64,000 nt of DNA, from assembly GCA_965229785.1 (NCBI GenBank), contig CBDDJS010000001.1, positions 7,744,677-7,808,676 of the forward strand, read 5' to 3'. This document shows, in pieces, positions 9,418 through 19,684 of the stretch. The stretch comes from Cyclobacteriaceae bacterium (lineage in GTDB: Bacteria > Bacteroidota > Bacteroidia > Cytophagales > Cyclobacteriaceae). Position 1 is the stretch's first letter; every line of letters begins with the position of its first letter. The notes beneath the pieces are model-generated. The model was not told the origin of the DNA, did not search any database, and worked only from the letters and a program-made list of their open reading frames with translations. A program made the position numbers and the translations under genes.

Positions 9418-9849
9418 ATGAAAAATGACATGAAAAACCACAGATCCCATTGTCCTCAGAGCTTAATTCTTGAAGTAATCGGAGACAAGTGGACACTCTT
9501 AATCATAAGAGATATCATGATTGATGGAAAGCGATATTTCAGAGAATTTTTGCAGTCCAAAGAGCACATTGCTTCAAATATTTTGTCAAACCGACTAAAG
9601 TCGCTTGAAGAAGAGGGGATTATCTACAAAGAAGCTGATCCGGGTCACAAGCAAAAAATCAAGTACTCCTTAACCGAAAAAGGAATTGACTTATTTCCAA
9701 TTTTGATGGAGAATGCCAGATGGAGTTTGAAATACAAACCAGTGGATCCGAACGATGCGAAACAGGCACAATCCATTCTGGATAAAGGTCAGGAAGGAAT
9801 GATGTTCGTTATGGAGCAATTAAAAAACATTCACCTGAAACAGAAGTAG
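9418..9849 (+). CDS. HxlR family winged-helix transcriptional regulator
   Basis: CPQSLILEVIGDKWTLLIIRDI...ILSNRLKSLEEEGII...YSLTEKG is the HxlR signature. Confidence 0.85.
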   Translation: MKNDMKNHRSHCPQSLILEVIGDKWTLLIIRDIMIDGKRYFREFLQSKEHIASNILSNRLKSLEEEGIIYKEADPGHKQKIKYSLTEKGIDLFPILMENARWSLKYKPVDPNDAKQAQSILDKGQEGMMFVMEQLKNIHLKQK

Positions 9850-9939
9850 AACCCCAGGCGATCGGTCATCTATCGGACCGGTCAGTGATTACTTCAGGCA
9901 GCGTTGGAATCACTCTGATTTATTTAGTATCTATGTTTC

Positions 9940-10893
9940 ATGATGAATTTTGAATTCAATAGGTATTTGTTGGTGCTCATTTCAGTTTTGGCTTGTCAAA
10001 CTGACCCTCAAAAAGCTGAAAGGCCTAAGGAAGCAACAACCGTTCCTGAGCGTGCTTTATTGAAGCATACCGTACATTCAGACAACCATCCCATGACTTT
10101 ATGGGAGAAACGGTCGGAAAATGCGAAAGGAACGATCCTTTTCATTCATGGAAGAACGTGGAGCAGTTTACCCAATTTTGATCTGCAAGTAGAGGGAGAA
10201 GAGCTATCCTTTATGGATGCCATGGCCGAGCAGGGCTATTCGGCTTATGCATTGGACCTTAGAGGTTATGGAGGCACCCCAAGAGACAGTTCGGAATGGT
10301 TATCACCCAATAAGGCGGCCAGGGATATCCTGAATGTTGTGAATTGGATATCCACTGAAAATGATCGGATAAGTGTCCATTTGTTCGGTTATTCGATGGG
10401 CTCTACGTCCAGCCTGCTGGCTGCAAAAGAAAATCCAACGGCCATCGCGAGTTTGACAGTATTTGCTTACTGGCAAGACCTGGATGTACAGATTCCCGAG
10501 GACCCGGATGACCTTGTGTTGAAGAAGCAAGTAAATACGCCGGAGGCTGCTGCCAGTGATTTTATCACCACAGGTAGCATCAGTCAAAAGGCAATAGACG
10601 CTTATGTGAGGACAGCCCTGGAGCATGATCCCATAAAAGTGGATTGGAGAAAGATGTACCAATTCAATGGTATTGATCCTTCGTTGATTACTACTCCTGT
10701 ATTGGTATTACAAGGAGAGCTCGATCCGATAGCGCCTGCGGATAAGCAACAAAAATTGTTTACAAGACTAAAAACGGCAGATAAGAGTTGGGTCGTCATT
10801 TCAGGTGGGGATCATGCTGCCTTTTTAGAAATCTCAAGGGAGGACCTGATACAGACTTTCACATCATTTATTGGTAGATTCAACAAATCATAG
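9940..10893 (+). CDS. alpha/beta hydrolase, lipoprotein
   Basis: Lipobox-like LISVLAC, HGRTWSS, nucleophile elbow GYSMGS and C-terminal GGDHAAF. Confidence 0.8.
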   Translation: MMNFEFNRYLLVLISVLACQTDPQKAERPKEATTVPERALLKHTVHSDNHPMTLWEKRSENAKGTILFIHGRTWSSLPNFDLQVEGEELSFMDAMAEQGYSAYALDLRGYGGTPRDSSEWLSPNKAARDILNVVNWISTENDRISVHLFGYSMGSTSSLLAAKENPTAIASLTVFAYWQDLDVQIPEDPDDLVLKKQVNTPEAAASDFITTGSISQKAIDAYVRTALEHDPIKVDWRKMYQFNGIDPSLITTPVLVLQGELDPIAPADKQQKLFTRLKTADKSWVVISGGDHAAFLEISREDLIQTFTSFIGRFNKS

Positions 10894-10978
10894 GCATTGG
10901 TAGACATCTTTCGGAAACCTTTGCTACTGATGCTTGTCATTAGGAAAATAATTTGAATCTCAGAACAAACTTTAGATC

Positions 10979-12235
10979 ATGGTAAGAAAAATCATGTTGG
11001 CCCTATCCTGGGTAGCAATCGTGTTCGCATGTGAACCCTCCAAGCCAGCAACTGCTGACTCAGAATCAACCTTAAGTGATTCGTTAAGATCAGAACTGGT
11101 TGAATTGCATAAAAGAGGTTTCATCAATGGGTTCGGCGCGGCCATTGTCAATGAAGAAGGGGTGGTTTTCGCTGAAGGAATTGGGTTGGCCGATACGGAA
11201 AGTAATGCCAAATACACGGAAAACACCATCCAGAACATTGGTTCGGTTTCAAAAACCTTCATTGGCTTGTCACTGCTTAAAGCACAAGAGTTGGGTAATC
11301 TGGATTTGGATGATCCGATCATGAATTACCTCCCTTTTGAAGTCAAAAATCCGTCATTCCCTGATGTATCTATCACCATTCGACAACTCGCAACTCATAC
11401 CTCTACCATACTGGATACTGATTATTACGACGAAAAGTCCTACATTCTGAAAGATGATGTTCAGGTCTCCGATTCCTTAAAGTCGATTTCAGAAAACTTC
11501 AATTCACCGGATATGAACCTGCCGTTGATTGTTTTTCTGGAAAAATTGCTTTCGGAAGATGGTGAATGGTATGAAGCCGCTGGGTTTCTAGAAAAGCAAC
11601 CCGGTGAAATCTATGAATACAGCAACATAGGTGCTACACTGGCAGCTGCCATTCTGGAAATTGCCACAGGAAAAACATTCAATGAATTTGCCACTGAGCA
11701 TATTCTGAAACCGATTGAGATGACTGCCTCAGGATGGTCATTTGAGGATATCGACCTTTCTGCACATTCGACTTTATATGCTAACCCGGAAACTGAGTTG
11801 CCTTATTATTCGCTAATCACCTATCCCGATGGGGGCTTAATCACCAGTGTTTCCGATCTGGGTAAATACCTGTCTGAGTTGATCAAAGGGTATTCAGGAG
11901 AAGGTGTCTTACTGACCAGAGAGAGCTATCAGGAACTCTTTCGGGAACAATTGAGTGCTGAACATCTTCCCGATAGAAGTGACGAAGATCCCTACGATGA
12001 TGAATACAACACTGGAATTTTCATGGGATTTACGCCTAAAGGATTTATTGGGCATACAGGCGGAGATCCAGGTATTGCTACTTTCATGTTTTTTGATCCG
12101 TCTACCAAAACAGGTCGCATTATGATGATCAACACGTCAGTAAGAAACTCAGAAGGTGTAGATCAATTTTATGCAACCTGGTACAGGTTAGGGGAGTATG
12201 AACGGTCATTGAATGAAAAAGCAAGTAAGCTTTAA
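10979..12235 (+). CDS. serine hydrolase, class C beta-lactamase/PBP-fold family
   Basis: 418 aa. Lipobox VFAC, S-x-x-K motif in IGSVSKTF, YSN in YEYSNIG and HTGG near the C-terminus. Confidence 0.85.
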   Translation: MVRKIMLALSWVAIVFACEPSKPATADSESTLSDSLRSELVELHKRGFINGFGAAIVNEEGVVFAEGIGLADTESNAKYTENTIQNIGSVSKTFIGLSLLKAQELGNLDLDDPIMNYLPFEVKNPSFPDVSITIRQLATHTSTILDTDYYDEKSYILKDDVQVSDSLKSISENFNSPDMNLPLIVFLEKLLSEDGEWYEAAGFLEKQPGEIYEYSNIGATLAAAILEIATGKTFNEFATEHILKPIEMTASGWSFEDIDLSAHSTLYANPETELPYYSLITYPDGGLITSVSDLGKYLSELIKGYSGEGVLLTRESYQELFREQLSAEHLPDRSDEDPYDDEYNTGIFMGFTPKGFIGHTGGDPGIATFMFFDPSTKTGRIMMINTSVRNSEGVDQFYATWYRLGEYERSLNEKASKL

Positions 12236-12317
12236 GACCTATTTGACGGAATTCGAAGGAAACTGTTAATTTAGATTAGGCGAGCCGGATTTGAAGGTTG
12301 GTTTTGCTTTGGGGGTC

Positions 12318-12875
12318 ATGGGTAAATCTGCTTTAATCATTATTGATATCCAATCAGGGATGTACGATGGGAATCAGATCCCACCCATTTTTGAAGGGAA
12401 AAATAAAATAGAGAAAATCAAACACCTGATTGGAAAAGCCAGGAATTGTGAAATTGTTCTGATCTACATACAACACAATGGTGGGCCAGGACATCCCTTG
12501 GAGAAAGATTCTGAAGGTTGGAAAATACACCCACAAATAATACCCCTTGAAGAAGAGTTTGTCATTGAAAAGCAATATCCGGATTCGTTCCAGGGGACGA
12601 AATTGTTGGAAGTACTAACAGAGTTATCCGTTTCGAATTTGTACGTCGCTGGTAATCAAACAGAATATTGTATTGATACGACTTGTAGGAGTGCCTTTTC
12701 TAAGGGTTTTAATGTGATCTTAGCAGAGGATTGCCATTCAACGTGGGACTCGAATTTGCTTTCGGCCACACAAATCATTCAACATCATAACGAGACGCTG
12801 GGGAATGGTTATGTCACTTGTATGAATTCAGTTGATATTTCGTTTGACGAATTTCAAGTAGACATTGAACGATGA
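12318..12875 (+). CDS. isochorismatase-family cysteine hydrolase
   Basis: SALIIIDIQ start block and a later CIDTTCRSA cysteine block. I prefer the ATG at 12318 over the TTG at 12291 used by the track. Confidence 0.8.
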   Translation: MGKSALIIIDIQSGMYDGNQIPPIFEGKNKIEKIKHLIGKARNCEIVLIYIQHNGGPGHPLEKDSEGWKIHPQIIPLEEEFVIEKQYPDSFQGTKLLEVLTELSVSNLYVAGNQTEYCIDTTCRSAFSKGFNVILAEDCHSTWDSNLLSATQIIQHHNETLGNGYVTCMNSVDISFDEFQVDIER

Positions 12876-12901
12876 TCATTCATGTATGAAATTTTTCCAA
12901 C

Positions 12902-15508
12902 CTATTCATTCCGCAAGGACTCAATGGGATTGGTATGAGCGGTCTTCAGGGTTTGGAAACCTACAGTGAACCAGGAAATACCCAGGATAAGAAGAGCGGA
13001 GATCAGGAAATACGAGGGTTCAATGCCAATACGGAATTTGAAATCAGATAACCAATTCATAGCCAGGACATAACTTATGGGTAAGCCAAACAGTAACGCC
13101 AGCAACACCATTTTGGTGAAGTCAAAAGAAAGCATGGTGACTATGCGCCAATGGCCGGCACCCAACACCTTCCTAATTCCGATTTCCTTATCTCTTTTTT
13201 CTGCCGTAAAAGCCGTCAGTCCTAATAGGCCTAAACAGGAAATGATCACAGCGATTATGGTAAAGTATTTGGTCAAATCAGCAACTCTTCTTTCGTTTTC
13301 ATACATGGCCTGGTATTGATCTTCCAGAAAACTAAATTCAAAAGGCAATCCCCTGCTAAACTCCTCATAACTCTTCTCAATTTGACCGATGGTTTGAGTA
13401 AACCTTTCCGGTTCAATTTTAACAAGTGTATAGTCGTTCATTGGATAAGCCTGAATAAAAGCAGGTAAGATGTCTTCATAAAGCGACGTTGCATGAAAAT
13501 TAGCGACAACACCAATGATTTCTTTCTCATCATCACCCCACAAGACTACTTTTTTGCCAACTGGATCTTTCAATCCCATTTTCTCAATAGCCATTTGGTT
13601 AAGGATAATTTTACTGTCTTCATTAGATCGGTTACGATCAAAAACCCTTCCCGTGAGTAGTTCCATTCCCATGGTTTCCAGGTACCCCGGGCTCATTTCG
13701 AGGTTAATGAATGTGACTTTCTGATCCGGGCCTTTACCTGGCCAACCGACATTTTGCGTTTTCCCATGGTCTCCGGCAAGGTTGTGATAGGTAGAAGTAG
13801 TGCTCACAACCCCAGGTATTTCTTCAAGGCGGTTCAGAAATGCTTTGAATACGGTTTCTTCTATGCCATCATTACTGAATTTGAGGACATTGGCGCGCTC
13901 ATAACCCAAATCTTTTGATTGGATGTAATCCATTTGCTTTGAAATAATGAGTACGCTTACCATCAGAATAATTGAAATGGAAAACTGAAAGACCACCAGG
14001 CTTTTTCTAACCCAGAGGTCACCAAAATTTCTGATCAATTTTCCTTTTAAGGATTCGGTAGCTTTCAGTCGCGAGAGGTAAAGAGCAGGGTAACTACCCG
14101 CTAATAGACCCGTGACTAGAGTGATTAAAAACAAGGCGATGAGCAATTCGATGTTGAAGGTTACGGACAAGGCTTTACCGGTTATATTATTGAAAAGGGG
14201 GAGCATGAAAACCACAGAGACCAGCGCTAAAAGAGCTCCTATTCCGGTGATGAGAATAGACTCAATGAAGTACTGCCCCATCAGGGCTTTTCGGGAAGTA
14301 CCCAGTGCTTTTTTGACCCCAATTTCCTTGAGTCTTCCAGTGGCCCTTGCCGTTGACAAATTCATGAAGTTGATACAGGCAATCGCAAGCGTGATGAGTG
14401 CCAAAGCGGAGAAGAGCCTTACATAGGCGATCCTACCTCCGCTAACTTGTCCGTTTTCATAGGTGCCTCGGAGATACCTGTCTGAAAATGGTTGAATAAA
14501 CAAAGCCGATTTTGACTTTTCGAATTTCGTTTGAATGAGGTTTTCAATTTTTGCATTGAAATCATCTACAGAGGCTGTAGGTTTCAATAGTACCAATGCA
14601 TCCGGATTGGTATTTCCCCAGTTCTTCATGTAGCTGTAGGCATCCATCATGATCTGGGCACTTAGTAATACATCAAACTGAAGGGTGGATTTTTCGGGAA
14701 GATCTTTGAATATACCAGTGATCTGGTATGCTCCGGTGGCTCGCCCTCGGTTTAGCGTGATTGATTTACTCACTACATCTGCGGTCGAGCCAAACATTTT
14801 TTTCGCTAATGATTCAGAAATTAAAATTTCAGATTTGTCTTTTAGCACTGAATGGATATTTCCCTGAATCAATGGGAATGATAGGATCTGCATAAAGGTC
14901 GGATCCACGAAATATGCCCGTGTTCGAAACTGTTTTTCATCAAAAGAGATGTAACCCTCTTTTCCGCCGAATATTTCCGGGGACCAGACCATGGCTGCCG
15001 TTTCTATCTCAGGGAACCTGGCGATCAGTTCCTCAGCTAATGAACCTGGCATGGAGGTAGTGGTTTTAATTTCCCCGTTCTGTTGAGGAACGTTTCTGAG
15101 CACCTGATAAATTCTGGAATGTTTCGCATGAAACTTATCTATGCTCAATTCATCAGCTACCCATAAGTAAATGAGTAGGGTACAAGCTAATCCGCTGGCC
15201 AGTCCGAGGAGATTGATGAAGAAGGTGGCCTTATAACGTTGGAAGCTTCTTATCGAGATGAGAAGGTTGTGTTTTAACATGGCGATTTTATTGATTGAGT
15301 ATTGACTTTTTCCTTTGAAGAAGAGGTGGAGAATGATGCTTAATACCTCTCTTAGGTAGATTGCCCGGGCTTTGGTCAAACCTTTGCTGGTTACGTTGGC
15401 CTGAAAAAGTTCTTCCAGATCCCAGAGAGCTGTAGAAAGAAAGTCATAAGAGCAAAAACTCTTGAGTAACCACTGTGCTATTCTCGGTGGGCGATGCTTG
15501 TTAAACAT
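12902..15508 (-). CDS. FtsX/MacB-type ABC transporter permease with N-terminal prefix domain (paralog 2)
   Basis: Two FtsX 4-TM modules separated by large periplasmic domains. The N-terminal PPRIAQWLLKSFCSYDFLSTALWDLEELFQANV matches the paralog upstream. I prefer the ATG at 15508 (MFNKHRPP...) because it aligns with the paralog N-terminus and removes the 29 nt overlap. Confidence 0.85.
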   Translation of the reverse strand: MFNKHRPPRIAQWLLKSFCSYDFLSTALWDLEELFQANVTSKGLTKARAIYLREVLSIILHLFFKGKSQYSINKIAMLKHNLLISIRSFQRYKATFFINLLGLASGLACTLLIYLWVADELSIDKFHAKHSRIYQVLRNVPQQNGEIKTTTSMPGSLAEELIARFPEIETAAMVWSPEIFGGKEGYISFDEKQFRTRAYFVDPTFMQILSFPLIQGNIHSVLKDKSEILISESLAKKMFGSTADVVSKSITLNRGRATGAYQITGIFKDLPEKSTLQFDVLLSAQIMMDAYSYMKNWGNTNPDALVLLKPTASVDDFNAKIENLIQTKFEKSKSALFIQPFSDRYLRGTYENGQVSGGRIAYVRLFSALALITLAIACINFMNLSTARATGRLKEIGVKKALGTSRKALMGQYFIESILITGIGALLALVSVVFMLPLFNNITGKALSVTFNIELLIALFLITLVTGLLAGSYPALYLSRLKATESLKGKLIRNFGDLWVRKSLVVFQFSISIILMVSVLIISKQMDYIQSKDLGYERANVLKFSNDGIEETVFKAFLNRLEEIPGVVSTTSTYHNLAGDHGKTQNVGWPGKGPDQKVTFINLEMSPGYLETMGMELLTGRVFDRNRSNEDSKIILNQMAIEKMGLKDPVGKKVVLWGDDEKEIIGVVANFHATSLYEDILPAFIQAYPMNDYTLVKIEPERFTQTIGQIEKSYEEFSRGLPFEFSFLEDQYQAMYENERRVADLTKYFTIIAVIISCLGLLGLTAFTAEKRDKEIGIRKVLGAGHWRIVTMLSFDFTKMVLLALLFGLPISYVLAMNWLSDFKFRIGIEPSYFLISALLILGISWFTVGFQTLKTAHTNPIESLRNE

Positions 15509-15518
15509 GTTTTTTTGG

Positions 15519-18137
15519 CTATTCACTTCGCAAACTCTCCACCACATTGACTTTGGCTGATTTCGCGGTTTGAGAGATTATTGTAATCCAGGCCACAAGT
15601 ATCATGAGCAATCCCGCTGCCATAAAATATTGAGGAGTTAAGCCAATCCTGAACGCAAACCCTTCCAGCCAACGCTGCATAATAAAGTAACTCACAGGTA
15701 CGCCGATAGCGATGGAAATAGCAATCACTTTAAACAATTCGATAGATAGCAACAATACAATGGCACCGATTGATGAACCATGTAGTTTTCGAATAGCGAT
15801 TTCCTTCCTTCTTTTTCTCACTGTAAAAGAGGCGAGGCCAAAAATTCCGAGGCAAGAAACAATGATGGCTATTGCGGTGAAATAGGTATATAACTTAGCT
15901 ACTCTCGTCTCTGCCTGATAGAGATCATTGTATTGCTGATCAATGAATGCAAACTCAAATGGATAGTCGGGATGGATTGCTTCGTAATAATCCCTGATCC
16001 TTGCAATGGTTGTCTGCTCCGCTCCGTCAGTTAGCCTTAGCATGACGGTAGCTCCATTGGCAAAGTACCGGATGAAAGTTGGTGAAATGTCTTCCCTTAG
16101 CGAATGGATATTGAAATTGGCAACCACGCCAATGATCTGTTTAGGTTGGTCAGAGTCCACGACCATACGACCAACGACGTTATCAAAACCCATCAAATCA
16201 GCAGTAGCTTTGTTGATGATAAGTTTAGATTCCTCATCACCGAACTCACCGGAAAAATCTCTACCTTCTAATAACTCCAGACCCAGCGTCTCAACAAAAC
16301 CGGCCCCGACCTGAGGTCTGCCAAAGGTGATCTCTTGTTCGGGAGTCTGGCCATCCCAGGTAAATCCACCGCCTCGTCCGGGATTACCTACGATGCTCCC
16401 CCCTGTCATATTGGTAGCCGCTACTACGCCAGGAATATTTTCCAGGGCAGCTATGAATGTTTTGGGCCTGTAGCCATACCCACCTTTCATTTTGAAATAG
16501 ATCAGATCATCCCGATCGTATCCGATATCAGTGGTTTGTACAAATGTGAGTTGTCGATTGATTACGACAAAAGCCATGACAAAAATCAGAGATATAGAAA
16601 ATTGAAAGATGACCAGAGATTTTCTAATCATCGTTTCCCTGAATGATCTTCCGTAAGGGATACCGAAACCTGAAGCTTTTAAAACGGCTATGGGGTTGAA
16701 GCCTGAAATGTAAAAAGCTGGGTAACTTCCAGCACTGATGCCAACGATCAGGACAATACCTGAAATCACCAGGATATTAACGAAAGTCAATTCGAGTGTC
16801 AGTTCCTTGGACACCAATTCATTGAATCCGGGAAGTAACAGTGCCACAATAAACAAAGCAACCATCGCCGAAATAATCGACATAACCGTTGTTTCAATAA
16901 GAAATTGGATTATTAACGTACTTCTTCCAGACCCTAGTGCTTTTTTCACACCAATCTCTTTCATTTTCTGAGAGGCCTGAGCAGTAGAAAGGTTAACAAA
17001 GTTGATGCAGGCGATCAATACAATGAAAATTGCGATATAGGTAAATAAATGTGCGTAACGTGCTCTGCCAGCGACAGGTCTGCCGTCTTTGTATTCACCG
17101 TACAAATAGATATCAGAGAATTGCTGTAAGAATATCTGTGACCCTTTTCGATCTTCAGGTTCTTTCATTTCCAACCATCCCCGGACCTTTTCATTAAAGG
17201 AATTTATATCTGCTCCTTTACTCAGTAAGACAAATGTTTCGGCTTCATCACCATTCCAGTCATTCGCCCATTCATACTTTGTGGTGAATAATTCGAGATC
17301 AAGAACCATATCGAACTGAAGCGTGGATTTGAAAGGCACTTTTTCAAATACTGCTGTAATCTCCAGTGATCCCTCGTAAGCATAATGCTTCAACGTGATA
17401 GACCTTCCCAGGACATTATCCGTACTGCCAAACAGTTTTCCAGCCAGATCCGTGGAAATGGCGACCGATTTAGTGTTGACAAGGGCTACTTCTCTTTGGC
17501 CTTGCTGAAGTGGGAAGGAGAATAACTCAAAAAACCGAGTTCCTGCCAATAATACTTCCGTTTTGATATGTGTTTCGTCAACAGATGCGACGCCTTCTGA
17601 TGGCTGTCTTATGGATAAGGCCATCTCAACCTCTGGAAGTTCGTCTTCTAGTGATGTCGCCAAAGGTATTGGTGTGGTTGTTTGAGTGCTGATCCCATCA
17701 GGTCGTTGTGAATTTCGCATTACTTGATACAAACGATCATCCTGATCATGAAAGCTGTCGACTTTCATTTCGTCAGCAACCCATAAGTAAATCAAAATAG
17801 CACTGGCTAGCCCACTGGCCAAGCCAAAGAGATTGATGAAAAACGTGCTTTTATAACGTTTAAAGTTTCTAATGGAGATTAACAGGTTGTGTTTTAACAT
17901 GGCAGTTCTGTTGATTGAGTATTGACTTTGTCCTTTGAAAAAGAGGTGGAGAATGATGTTGAATACTTCTTTTAAGTAGATTATTTGGGCTTTCCGAATA
18001 CCCTTATCGGCTACATTGGCCTGGTATAATTCTTCCAGATCCCAGAGGGCTGTCGAAAGAAAGTCATAAGAGCAAAAGCTCTCTAGCAGCCACGTGGCAA
18101 ACCTGGGGGGTGTTGCCTTTTGATGCTTTGCACTCAT
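15519..18137 (-). CDS. FtsX/MacB-type ABC transporter permease with N-terminal prefix domain (paralog 1)
   Basis: 872 aa with the same architecture as the downstream paralog. It overlaps the PadR stop by 4 nt (ATGA). Confidence 0.85.
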   Translation of the reverse strand: MSAKHQKATPPRFATWLLESFCSYDFLSTALWDLEELYQANVADKGIRKAQIIYLKEVFNIILHLFFKGQSQYSINRTAMLKHNLLISIRNFKRYKSTFFINLFGLASGLASAILIYLWVADEMKVDSFHDQDDRLYQVMRNSQRPDGISTQTTTPIPLATSLEDELPEVEMALSIRQPSEGVASVDETHIKTEVLLAGTRFFELFSFPLQQGQREVALVNTKSVAISTDLAGKLFGSTDNVLGRSITLKHYAYEGSLEITAVFEKVPFKSTLQFDMVLDLELFTTKYEWANDWNGDEAETFVLLSKGADINSFNEKVRGWLEMKEPEDRKGSQIFLQQFSDIYLYGEYKDGRPVAGRARYAHLFTYIAIFIVLIACINFVNLSTAQASQKMKEIGVKKALGSGRSTLIIQFLIETTVMSIISAMVALFIVALLLPGFNELVSKELTLELTFVNILVISGIVLIVGISAGSYPAFYISGFNPIAVLKASGFGIPYGRSFRETMIRKSLVIFQFSISLIFVMAFVVINRQLTFVQTTDIGYDRDDLIYFKMKGGYGYRPKTFIAALENIPGVVAATNMTGGSIVGNPGRGGGFTWDGQTPEQEITFGRPQVGAGFVETLGLELLEGRDFSGEFGDEESKLIINKATADLMGFDNVVGRMVVDSDQPKQIIGVVANFNIHSLREDISPTFIRYFANGATVMLRLTDGAEQTTIARIRDYYEAIHPDYPFEFAFIDQQYNDLYQAETRVAKLYTYFTAIAIIVSCLGIFGLASFTVRKRRKEIAIRKLHGSSIGAIVLLLSIELFKVIAISIAIGVPVSYFIMQRWLEGFAFRIGLTPQYFMAAGLLMILVAWITIISQTAKSAKVNVVESLRSE

Positions 18138-18472
18138 GAGTTTAGCCAGTCAATCTTGGCTTGAGGAAGGCGATTGAACAATTGATTTCGCATGTCCCGG
18201 ACCTCATTCAATACCATCACACCTTCTTTAGTGATGTCATAGTATTGCTTTCGCCTTCCGCCTTGCTTTTCTGTGATGCCGCCAACCCTGGAGCTAACCC
18301 ATCCTTTTTCCTCCAGACGTTGAAGTGCAGCATATAGCGCACCGAGACTTATTTTTTTATTCAGTTGCTGTTCAAGTTCCAGCTTTATCGTAACCCCATA
18401 AGCATTGTCCTGAAGTACTCCTGTCGTAAGGAGCACTAACTCCTCAAAGGCACCCAATGTGACTTTCCTCAT
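18134..18472 (-). CDS. PadR family transcriptional regulator
   Basis: 112 aa. EELVLLTTGVL...YGVTI...GALYAALQRLEEKGWVSS...GGRRKQYYDITKEG is the PadR winged-helix signature. Confidence 0.9.
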   Translation of the reverse strand: MRKVTLGAFEELVLLTTGVLQDNAYGVTIKLELEQQLNKKISLGALYAALQRLEEKGWVSSRVGGITEKQGGRRKQYYDITKEGVMVLNEVRDMRNQLFNRLPQAKIDWLNS

Positions 18473-18479
18473 TTCTTCT

Positions 18480-18525
18480 CTTTTTAGTAATAAACAGGAA
18501 AGCTAAATAATTTATTACTAAAAAG
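18480..18525. promoter_or_regulatory. candidate PadR operator (15 bp perfect inverted repeat)
   Basis: CTTTTTAGTAATAAA (18480-18494) and TTTATTACTAAAAAG (18511-18525) are perfect reverse complements separated by 16 nt. The repeat starts 8 nt upstream of the padR start codon. A second small palindrome, AATAAACATTTATT, follows. Confidence 0.4.
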
Positions 18526-18857
18526 AGAATAAACATTTATTAGTGATGCCTATTGAGAGACAGTGTTATTGATTTTTATGGGAGTTAAGATTCGTTTTTG
18601 TAAAGGATTGGCGAGGAGTAAAAGATTAGGTTTTTTCGGGGAGACGGGTTATCAACCGGTCATTAAGGGCAATTCAGGATTGTTTCTGGTGGTGGATCAA
18701 TCAATATTTAGACGAAAGAAAGCTAATTTGAATAGTAGTCATGAAGATGTTCGACTTCAGAATGTACGGTTGAACAACAACCATTTATACTTCAGTTTCG
18801 GATTGCTCTCTGATGCTTAAATCACACCGTAATTAAGGATATGCGTGTTAGCTTTCC

Positions 18858-19550
18858 TTACTTGCACTCTTTATTAAACAGCAACACATGCGCCGCAAAG
18901 TCTCGGAATTTAGGCTTACCCTGATATTCCTGTAGCGACTCACAACCCTCAAATATTTCGGGAAAACTCTTTTTATAACTCCCTTTTTTTACTTTGGAGG
19001 ACTTGGCGTCATCCTTAACGATAAGATAGGAGGTGTCCTCGCCGCCGGTTAATGCTAAGCCGCCAATGGATGTTTCTCCAGTTTCATTAGCATCCGGGTT
19101 TTGGTAAACTTTGATTCGACTATCGAATCCGGGATTTAGCAATTGAAGAAGTGCATATTTTGTCTTTTTCTTGGGAAGTAGCGCTTGTTCATAGATGACC
19201 CACTCACGATTACTGATTTCATCAAAATCTGCTTTCATCATTTCCGTTAAGGAAGACGTGGCTTCACCCATGGCCTCCAACTTGGCTAACTCGGTCATTC
19301 TGACCTTCATGATTTGTATTTGTTCGGCTTTGAGTTTGGATTTGTTCTTCTGAGCGTCTTTTACCGTAACTGATCGGATGGTGCCGTTTACGGAAGTTGC
19401 ACTAGTGATCCGTCCTTGAATTTCGCTGCCATCCTTCAAGGTTATCTCCACATCTGCTGGAGTGGGGAGGTTTTCAACAGGGGCGATAAATTGACCTGTT
19501 ACATGATAGGTCACTAGACAAATAAGACAAAGTGCCAGGATATTCTTCAT
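18858..19550 (-). CDS. hypothetical secreted protein
   Basis: 230 aa with signal peptide MKNILALCLICLVTYHVTGQ. No family recognised. Confidence 0.6.
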   Translation of the reverse strand: MKNILALCLICLVTYHVTGQFIAPVENLPTPADVEITLKDGSEIQGRITSATSVNGTIRSVTVKDAQKNKSKLKAEQIQIMKVRMTELAKLEAMGEATSSLTEMMKADFDEISNREWVIYEQALLPKKKTKYALLQLLNPGFDSRIKVYQNPDANETGETSIGGLALTGGEDTSYLIVKDDAKSSKVKKGSYKKSFPEIFEGCESLQEYQGKPKFRDFAAHVLLFNKECK

Positions 19551-19684
19551 TATAAATCAAATCTATGAAGGATGAAGATATGGAAATTATTGAAATATCA
19601 GGAACGTAATATTGCCCCAGTTTTCAATACTTGTATTTCCCAAATAATGTTTTAATGAGATCGTTTTTGATCTTTTCTTGATGA

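Noticed and set aside
15508-15547. 29 nt overlap between the two FtsX permease paralogs, as implied by the track start at 15547.
   Set aside because: The 13 extra residues (MWWRVCEVNSQKN) have no counterpart in the paralog. The ATG at 15508 aligns the two N-termini (MFNKHRPPRIAQWLL versus MSAKHQKATPPRFATWLL) and leaves a 10 nt gap.
18563-18820. 85 aa ORF in the padR upstream spacer.
   Set aside because: It has no motifs and a low-complexity basic sequence. The region is better explained as promoter/operator DNA for the PadR cassette and the 3' flank of the neighbouring gene.
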